A DNA stretch of 41,842 nt from a virus (lineage: Duplodnaviria > Caudoviricetes), in the IMG/VR virus record IMGVR_UViG_3300033067_000328, positions 1 to 41,842 of that record; one strand, 5' to 3'. Made by a program: the position numbers and the translations under genes. How positions within the stretch are numbered: position 1 is the first letter of the stretch; the number at the start of each line of letters is the position of its first letter. The notes beneath the pieces are model-generated. The model saw only the letters and a list, made by a program, of their open reading frames with translations. It made no database searches and was not told where the DNA came from. This document shows, piece by piece, positions 36,261 to 41,842 of this stretch.

Positions 36261-37207
36261 TGCCAGCCCGCCCCACGCCGGACGAGGCGTTGCAGCAAGC
36301 TTTGGATTGGGTGGAGATACACGGGTCCGGCCATAACACGGTCAAGGCGCTGGGCAATATCGGCGTCAGCAAGACGGGGATTGACCGCCGCGCGCAGTCG
36401 GCCCGCATGAAGGGGATGAGACCGACCGTCCGCAAGGATGCGCCGCGCATCACTGCCCGTGCCCGCCTCGGCAAGATGCACATTGTGATCCCCGACTGTC
36501 AGGTGCGACCGGGCGTGAACACGGACCACTTGGAGCATATCGGGCGGTTCGTCGCGGAGAAGAAACCGGACGAGTTGATCTGCATCGGGGACTTTTGGGA
36601 CTTCCCCAGCATCGGCGGATACGAGAAGGGCACGCTAAAGGGCGAGGGGCGGCGGTACAACAAGGACGTACAAGCCGGCAACAACGGCATGGACCGCCTG
36701 ATGACGCCTATCGCCGAGGAACAGGAGCGATGCCCGTGGCCCATGCGTAAGACGTTCACGAAGGGCAACCACGAGGACCGTGCTGACCGCTACGTCAACC
36801 TAGCCCCCGAGATGGAGGGCACGGTGACACTGGATGACCTGAACCTGAAAGCCTGGGGATGGGAGGTCCATCCGTTCCTCAAGGTCGTGCGGATCGACGG
36901 GATCGAATACGCGCACTACTTTACTAGCGGCGTGATGGGGCGCCCGGTGTCGTCGGCAGCGGCCTTACTGCGCGAGCGGCAGGGGTCGGCCACGATGGGC
37001 CATGTGCAGCATACGGACATTGCGATGCACAAGAAAACGCAGAAGATCGCGCTGTTCTGCGGCACTGCGTACACGCACGACGAGGACTATCTTGGCCCGC
37101 AGGGGAACAGCCAGCGGCGTCAGATCATCGTGAAGCATGAAGTGGACGACGGGCACTATGACCCGATGTTTGTCTCGCTCAACTTCCTAGCCAAAGCCTA
37201 CGGATGA
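36260..37207 (+). CDS. Calcineurin-like metallophosphoesterase with N-terminal extension
   Basis: IPDCQ, IGDFWD, GNHEDR, YAH and GHVQH motifs. Confidence 0.85.
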   Translation: MPARPTPDEALQQALDWVEIHGSGHNTVKALGNIGVSKTGIDRRAQSARMKGMRPTVRKDAPRITARARLGKMHIVIPDCQVRPGVNTDHLEHIGRFVAEKKPDELICIGDFWDFPSIGGYEKGTLKGEGRRYNKDVQAGNNGMDRLMTPIAEEQERCPWPMRKTFTKGNHEDRADRYVNLAPEMEGTVTLDDLNLKAWGWEVHPFLKVVRIDGIEYAHYFTSGVMGRPVSSAAALLRERQGSATMGHVQHTDIAMHKKTQKIALFCGTAYTHDEDYLGPQGNSQRRQIIVKHEVDDGHYDPMFVSLNFLAKAYG

Positions 37208-37392
37208 GACTCAACCGCTGCAACTGTCTGGACCCTGACCCGCAGCCGATAGAGCATGGCTCGCTGTCCTCCATGTGCAGCCGCTGCGACGGTTGGTACA
37301 CCGTCTGCGTCGCGGAGATGGGGATAGACGAGTTCTACCAACTGTTCAGCCACGAGCCTGCGAAGCCGGGGCCGCCGAGTGAGCCGGAATGA
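37204..37392 (+). CDS. Small Cys-rich protein
   Basis: RCNC...CSRC; ATGA overlap. Confidence 0.55.
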   Translation: MRLNRCNCLDPDPQPIEHGSLSSMCSRCDGWYTVCVAEMGIDEFYQLFSHEPAKPGPPSEPE

Positions 37393-37528
37393 CAGAAGCG
37401 ATGCCTGCCGCGTACGCAGCATCTGCCACAAGACGTAAATCGCCCACGCGCTTGCCGGACCAAAAGTCCGGGTCATCAAAGGCCGCCCTAATGATTTGGG
37501 CGAATTGTTCGTCGGTCAGCTTGTTCAT
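37346..37528 (-). CDS. Hypothetical protein in the antisense insert
   Basis: MNKLTDEQFAQIIRAAF...; ATGA-coupled to 37525..37722. Confidence 0.6.
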   Translation of the reverse strand: MNKLTDEQFAQIIRAAFDDPDFWSGKRVGDLRLVADAAYAAGIASVIPAHSAAPASQARG

Positions 37529-37770
37529 TGCGTATCCGCGGGAACGTCGCGGCCTTCGTCAATTGCTTTGCCGAACGCAAGCAACAAAAACCAAAGACTG
37601 CGCGATGGCTTGGCGTTACGCCATTCGGGGAAGCAGCGGTCGATCACGGTCCACTGCTCTGCGTAGGCACAGGGGCCGTACTGACTTGACAAGAACATTG
37701 CGTCTAACCATTTGCTAAGCATTAGCGCGTACCTCCTTGATTCATTATAGGCAACGATCCGCGAATGACA
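37387..37770. mobile_element. 376-bp moron-like insert flanked by 8-bp direct repeats GAATGACA
   Basis: Repeats at 37387-37394 and 37763-37770; own promoter, SD and two genes; more AT-rich than its flanks. Confidence 0.55.
37525..37722 (-). CDS. Hypothetical protein, 65 aa, in the antisense insert
   Basis: Perfect AAGGAGGT SD before ATG; MLSKWLDAMFL... Confidence 0.65.
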   Translation of the reverse strand: MLSKWLDAMFLSSQYGPCAYAEQWTVIDRCFPEWRNAKPSRSLWFLLLAFGKAIDEGRDVPADTQ

Positions 37771-37771
37771 A
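37744..37771 (-). promoter_or_regulatory. Sigma70-type promoter for the antisense insert
   Basis: TTGTCA-N16-TATAAT. Confidence 0.7.
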
Positions 37772-38823
37772 ATAATCTCCGCGCCTTCCTCGCCATGATT
37801 GCGTGGTGCGAGGTCGGCACGGACGCGGCTAGCGGATACGCCACGCTCTACGGCGGCGGCAAGTTCACGTCGTTTGCCGACCATCCCCGGAAGGCTGTGA
37901 CCGCTGGGCGCTACACGTCCACCGCCGCAGGCCGGTATCAGGCACTCGCCGGGACCTGGGACGACTTCTGTCGCGCCAAGGGCAAGCATGACTTCAGCCC
38001 CGCGTCGCAGGACGAATTCTGCGTCTGGTGCATCACCCGGCGCGGCGCCCTAGCCGACGTAGAGGCGGGGCGGATAGAGCAGGCCATCGCTAAATGCGGG
38101 CGGGAATGGGCCAGTCTCCCCGGCTCCCCCTACGGCCAGCCTGTCCGCACGCTGGCGTGGTGCCTGCAAAAGTACCGCGAGGCGGGCGGGCAAATAGGTA
38201 GTCCGGTGTCCAGCCGACTACCGGAAGAATACCCGGCTGTACAGCCGACTACCCAACCGGAGTCTCCCAAGATGGGCGCAACGCTACTGGCCGGGTTGAT
38301 CCCGTCCATTCTGTCCCTGTTCTCCGACCGCGCGCAGGCGGCCATATCCAAGGCTACCGGCGCATCCCCGGAGGTCGCACAGAAGTTCACGGCAGACATC
38401 GCAAAGCAAATAGAGGTCGTTAGTGGCGTAGCGGTAGACAGTCCAGCCGCCGCAATGAAAGCCGCCGCAGAGATCGCAAGTGATCCAGTCAAGGTCGCGG
38501 CGCTCGAACAGCACGCGACCGCGTTTGTCCTGACTGAAATCGGCGGCGGGATCAAGGCTGCGCAAGATGAGTACGCGGCGATCAACAAGGACTATGACGA
38601 CGACGTGTGGTGGCGTATCCCGGCCAAGTTCCTGTTCAACCCGATCCACTGGGTAACGGGCGTGTTCCTGTACTGGGTGACGATGTTTATCCCGCCGCTG
38701 ACCAAGACCATCGAGGGGATGAGCAAGGAGGCGTCCTTGGGCTTGATCGTGTCTATCCTGGCGGTTATCGCGGTCGTCAGCGGACGGTGGATGGGGACGT
38801 ACAACAAGAGCAAAGACGAATGA
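37765..38823 (+). CDS. Lambda-R-like (GH104) endolysin fused to a C-terminal multi-TM holin-like domain
   Basis: AFLAMIAWCE, STAAGRYQ, FSPASQD and EWASLPGSPYGQ; hydrophobic C-terminal half. Confidence 0.85.
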   Translation: MTNNLRAFLAMIAWCEVGTDAASGYATLYGGGKFTSFADHPRKAVTAGRYTSTAAGRYQALAGTWDDFCRAKGKHDFSPASQDEFCVWCITRRGALADVEAGRIEQAIAKCGREWASLPGSPYGQPVRTLAWCLQKYREAGGQIGSPVSSRLPEEYPAVQPTTQPESPKMGATLLAGLIPSILSLFSDRAQAAISKATGASPEVAQKFTADIAKQIEVVSGVAVDSPAAAMKAAAEIASDPVKVAALEQHATAFVLTEIGGGIKAAQDEYAAINKDYDDDVWWRIPAKFLFNPIHWVTGVFLYWVTMFIPPLTKTIEGMSKEASLGLIVSILAVIAVVSGRWMGTYNKSKDE

Positions 38824-38996
38824 ACGGCGAAATCGTCTACATCAACGTTACTGTCGGCATCCGCTCCGGGGATGTGGTGATCCCCGTGGGCATGGTGCGC
38901 GACAAGCTAGACCCCGCATCCGAGTTCGTGCAAGCCATCCTGCGCGAGTTCGGGCGCGGTGATGCACCGCCTACGTTCGGGGCGGTGGGGCTGTAG
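38820..38996 (+). CDS. Hypothetical protein, 58 aa
   Basis: ATGA overlap with the endolysin stop. Confidence 0.5.
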   Translation: MNGEIVYINVTVGIRSGDVVIPVGMVRDKLDPASEFVQAILREFGRGDAPPTFGAVGL

Positions 38997-39237
38997 CCAT
39001 TCGCCGGCACGACTTTACGCAATCCGCCGCGCCTTCCTCGGCGGGCATCTTGAGTTCGTCCCACTTGCCCTCGTTGTGTTTCTGCCACTTCTTGCGCTTG
39101 CGTTCGCAGGCCGCTTCGCACGCACGACACGCGGCTTGCCACACCAACCATTCCAACTCTGCCGGCGCGTAGCCGCTCGCGCTTAGGGGCGCTTGCGCGG
39201 AGTCGTACCACGCTTCAAACACCTTGCGTCCTATCAC
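38971..39237 (-). CDS. Hypothetical early-type protein
   Basis: GTG with AGGGGTGA SD; FEAWY...VWQAACRACEAAC. Confidence 0.55.
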   Translation of the reverse strand: MIGRKVFEAWYDSAQAPLSASGYAPAELEWLVWQAACRACEAACERKRKKWQKHNEGKWDELKMPAEEGAADCVKSCRRMATAPPPRT

Positions 39238-39262
39238 GTTGTCACCCCTGTAAGGAAACATC

Positions 39263-39580
39263 ATGGAACCGATCAAAGACCTGTACGGCGACTATCTCAT
39301 GCGTCTCGCCCAGCAATTCCCCGGGCTGGATAACCTGCTGGTACAAGGCGGGTTCGTCCCCGCTGACCAGCTCCACGACTACGCCAACGCCTACGGGCCG
39401 GGCGGGCAGTTCTATGACCCGTACCTGCAATCGCAGGCCGCCCGCGCGTCTGGCCGCCAGCAACCGCCTCTATTCGCCATCAACGGCGCCGTCATAGCCG
39501 GGCATGGAACGCTCAGGGACGGCGTGTTCGAGTGGGGTCCGCAGATGACGGCGCCGTACACGGGGATGCCGAAGGTCTGA
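39263..39580 (+). CDS. Hypothetical protein, 105 aa
   Basis: TAAGGA SD; clean GC3-rich codon usage. Confidence 0.65.
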   Translation: MEPIKDLYGDYLMRLAQQFPGLDNLLVQGGFVPADQLHDYANAYGPGGQFYDPYLQSQAARASGRQQPPLFAINGAVIAGHGTLRDGVFEWGPQMTAPYTGMPKV

Positions 39581-39812
39581 CCGGCTGCCATCCGTCTCCG
39601 CCAAAGTTCGCATATGGCTTGGCGTAGACGGTGCCGGGCGACTCCATAGCCTTCGCAATATCGTCCTTGTTTCCCGTCGCGCAAAAGAACTGCGAAAACA
39701 TATAGAGGCTGACGCCAATCTTTTGTGCGGCATCTTTCTTAGTGGTTGTGGCTACCATGCGCTTATTGCGCCCGTCGTAGTTGCCGCACCATACGCGCAA
39801 CGGTCGGCTCAT
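39513..39812 (-). CDS. Hypothetical protein
   Basis: MSRPLRVWCGNYDG...; ATGA coupling. Confidence 0.6.
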   Translation of the reverse strand: MSRPLRVWCGNYDGRNKRMVATTTKKDAAQKIGVSLYMFSQFFCATGNKDDIAKAMESPGTVYAKPYANFGGDGWQPVRPSASPCTAPSSADPTRTRRP

Positions 39813-40084
39813 CCCTCATCCCCTAGCGCGCGGCAGGCGTCGGCGCACGCTGCGGCCTCGTCCCATCGCGCACACGCTTCTGCGGTTGTCGTGTTGCCGC
39901 AACCGCAGCTTGTGCAGGAACATGGCCGCGTCCACGTTGGCTCCACTTTGCGTGCCGCACGCGCGGCGATGCACTTCAAACCGAATTGCAGCAGCAGCAA
40001 CGGCGTTGCCGGTTCCGTTAACTCCGCGCCGAGTCCGTGCTGCGACGCTATTGCTCGCACCGTCCGCGCATCCGTCAGGCTCAT
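39809..40084 (-). CDS. Cys-rich hypothetical protein
   Basis: GGAGGG SD; CSCTSCGCGN. Confidence 0.6.
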   Translation of the reverse strand: MSLTDARTVRAIASQHGLGAELTEPATPLLLLQFGLKCIAARAARKVEPTWTRPCSCTSCGCGNTTTAEACARWDEAAACADACRALGDEG

Positions 40085-40266
40085 CGCCCGCCCTCCTGCC
40101 CGCGCGCGGCGTGCCACGGCTGCGCGTTGTCGATCTGCTCCTGCGACAGCCCGGCGAAGTGCGCGGCGCGGTAGATGGCGCGATAGTTGTGTTTGCCGCT
40201 ATTCCTGTTCGCGGCGATGGCTGCGCCAATCTCGCGGTCCATCTCGTCGTCGCTCATGGCGCTCAC
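40081..40266 (-). CDS. Hypothetical protein
   Basis: Coupled chain of overlapping ORFs. Confidence 0.55.
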   Translation of the reverse strand: MSAMSDDEMDREIGAAIAANRNSGKHNYRAIYRAAHFAGLSQEQIDNAQPWHAARGQEGGR

Positions 40267-40451
40267 CCCCTGCCCCCGCTGCGCGTTCCGATTTCGATTG
40301 AACGCTGCACAAGCGGCGGCAGGTCAACCGGGTCGCCGTCGCGCTCGATGGCCCATGCCACGCAATCGCATAGCGACAGGTTGGGCGACTGTCTGTCGTG
40401 ATAGCGCCCGCTGACCAGCAGCGACAGTGCGACGAATTGCGGCGCAATCAT
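40263..40451 (-). CDS. Hypothetical protein
   Basis: GGAGGG SD; MIAPQF... Confidence 0.55.
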   Translation of the reverse strand: MIAPQFVALSLLVSGRYHDRQSPNLSLCDCVAWAIERDGDPVDLPPLVQRSIEIGTRSGGRG

Positions 40452-40738
40452 GGCTTGCCCTCCACCAGCGCGCGGATGGCAGCGGCGCATTGTTCGGAAC
40501 CCTCCCGCGCGCCTCGCATCTTGTCGGCAAAATATCGAGTCGACGCGGCATCCTCCAGCCCGTCATAGACGATCGCCCTGTCATCGCACACTTCCGCCGC
40601 CCGCTCGATCCCCGCGCGCATCCCTGCGGCGTGCGCGGCCTCTATCAATGCGCGCTCGTATTTGTCGCTCGGGAACGCTGTCCCGATTAACGCAATGTTC
40701 ACTGCGCGCAGAATCTCGTATGCCTCGTCGTCGCTCAT
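40448..40738 (-). CDS. Hypothetical protein
   Basis: MSDDEAYE...IERAAEVCD...CAAAIRAL. Confidence 0.65.
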   Translation of the reverse strand: MSDDEAYEILRAVNIALIGTAFPSDKYERALIEAAHAAGMRAGIERAAEVCDDRAIVYDGLEDAASTRYFADKMRGAREGSEQCAAAIRALVEGKP

Positions 40739-41544
40739 GGCTTGCCCCCGCTGCGCGCTGCGTCGATTGCGGCGCGCAGCGCACCGGGCAGGCACGCCAT
40801 GAACGTGCGGCCATTGCCAGACGAGCATTGCGCGTCGAGCCAATCAAGCCGCTCGGCATCCGCCTGCGCCTCGCCCAGCGCGGCCCGCGCTTCGTCCAGT
40901 TGGCGCGCATAGCGGTCGCGCGAATCCCGATACAGCATCGCGTCCGTGTACAGCGCGGTGTTCTGCTCCCGCAGCGCGGCGAGGCGGGCGGCGGCTTCGT
41001 GATGTATGTCACCGCGTTGTCCCTTGCTGCACGATAGGGTTGGGTTCGTCAGCCGCGCAATCAGCGCGTCATCGTCCTCGGCGGGCTCGGGCTGGGCGTC
41101 GTCCCAATCGGTCGGCGGCGACAGCGTTGCAGGCTGCACATGTGCCGGGATCGTTCGCGGCTCGGGTTGCGCGGGCGCACTGGCGATCGGTTGGCAATGC
41201 TCAATGTCTCCGCACCAATGCCGACAGGTCGCCGCTTCGTTCTGCGGGTCGGCCACCCGCTTTGCGCACGCCCAAAGATGGGGGCGATATGAGTCGGCCA
41301 ACTGCTTGCGGCCTTCCTCGGTGCGCGCCCATTCCATCATCGTGTGCAACAAATCACCTTCCTGCGGCTCGGCCTGCGCGGGAAGCTCTGTTTCATCTTG
41401 GTTCTTGCCGCACCAGCAAGCCGGAGGTTGCGCTGGCGCATGCCGCTGCATAGCCTCCCAAATCGCAACCACGTCGTCATCGGTCAGCGGATGGCATTGC
41501 CGCGCCATGCGGCCGAAGTAGATCATGTCGGGTGTCAGTTTCAT
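40735..41544 (-). CDS. Modular Ead/Ea22-like early protein
   Basis: AGGAG SD before MKLTPDM; DAERLDWLD...LRAAIDAAR C-terminus; AQ(A/P)EP linkers. Confidence 0.6.
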   Translation of the reverse strand: MKLTPDMIYFGRMARQCHPLTDDDVVAIWEAMQRHAPAQPPACWCGKNQDETELPAQAEPQEGDLLHTMMEWARTEEGRKQLADSYRPHLWACAKRVADPQNEAATCRHWCGDIEHCQPIASAPAQPEPRTIPAHVQPATLSPPTDWDDAQPEPAEDDDALIARLTNPTLSCSKGQRGDIHHEAAARLAALREQNTALYTDAMLYRDSRDRYARQLDEARAALGEAQADAERLDWLDAQCSSGNGRTFMACLPGALRAAIDAARSGGKP

Positions 41545-41787
41545 CGTTGCTCCTAACGCTGTCAGTTGAGAGGCTTGCGACGAATCGCCAGATAGAGGTA
41601 CACGGCGATGGCTTTGATCGTGTTCCATGCGTTGCGTAGCATCGTTGTCTCCTTCTTTGGTGGTTGATGGCTGCAACTTGGCCTCGGCGCGGCCCAAGCG
41701 TGCCCCCAACGCAGAAATCAGCCGATTCTTTTCCATCAGCATGTCGCGCAATGCGGTCACTGCTGCCTGCGGCTCGGCCTGCGCGGG
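41361..41787. repeat. 22-bp direct repeat CCTGCGGCTCGGCCTGCGCGGG (17-bp core also at 433-449)
   Basis: Exact copies at 41361-41382 and 41766-41787. Confidence 0.85.
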
Positions 41788-41842
41788 CGGGGCGGCGTAG
41801 AGGGGAACGCTGTACCGTTCGGCATCGGCGGCGGCAGACTCA
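41545..41842 (-). CDS. 3' part of an early gene entering from the right edge, open in frame into 40735..41544
   Basis: ...DAERYSVPLYAAPPAQAEPQAAVTALRDML...; no stop before the window edge. Confidence 0.5.
41562..41642 (-). CDS. 26-aa hydrophobic/basic peptide
   Basis: AAGGAG SD, then MLRNAWNTIKAIAVYLYLAIRRKPLN*. Confidence 0.5.
   Translation of the reverse strand: MLRNAWNTIKAIAVYLYLAIRRKPLN

Noticed and set aside
1-41842. Window as an exactly circular complete genome
   Set aside because: Both ends lie in the same leftward early arm. Joining them gives the left-edge ORF an immediate TGA but leaves the right-edge ORF without a start, and there is no terminal repeat. Some sequence is probably missing.
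1-41842. CRISPR array, DGR/retron, integrase, rRNA, IS element
   Set aside because: No spaced repeats, reverse transcriptase, recombinase or transposase motifs seen.

Overview
This window is a near-complete ~42 kb GC-rich tailed-phage genome with a P22-like podovirus organisation; the host is probably proteobacterial (inference). A leftward early arm (Lar-like, DUF1364-like, NinB-like, ERF and many small ORFs) runs off both ends of the window. It diverges from a rightward arm (Cro-like HTH, VRR-NUC, HNH, replication protein, Q-like protein) at a compact four-operator switch that has no cI gene. No integrase is visible. The late arm carries terminase, portal, a block of Pro/Thr-rich virion-accessory genes with a 2OG-Fe(II) oxygenase, scaffold and major capsid protein. 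A glycosylation cassette follows (TPR-GT resembling FlmG/FlbA, a GT-B enzyme, a SAM methyltransferase and a GT8/CDI-like enzyme), then adaptor, nozzle, fibres, ejection proteins, a metallophosphoesterase and an endolysin fused to a membrane domain. Top findings: (1) a prfB/RF2-type +1 programmed frameshift cassette (GGGGG-TCG-CTT-TGA-C, 13997-14011) joining two beta-propeller-like ORFs through a hidden Pro/Thr linker; (2) a putative virion hydroxylation/glycosylation/methylation system; (3) a 376-bp antisense insert with 8-bp direct repeats in the lysis cassette; (4) the cI-less divergent operator block; (5) a tRNA-like fold upstream of the scaffold gene. All functional calls come from motif recognition by eye; no searches were run.
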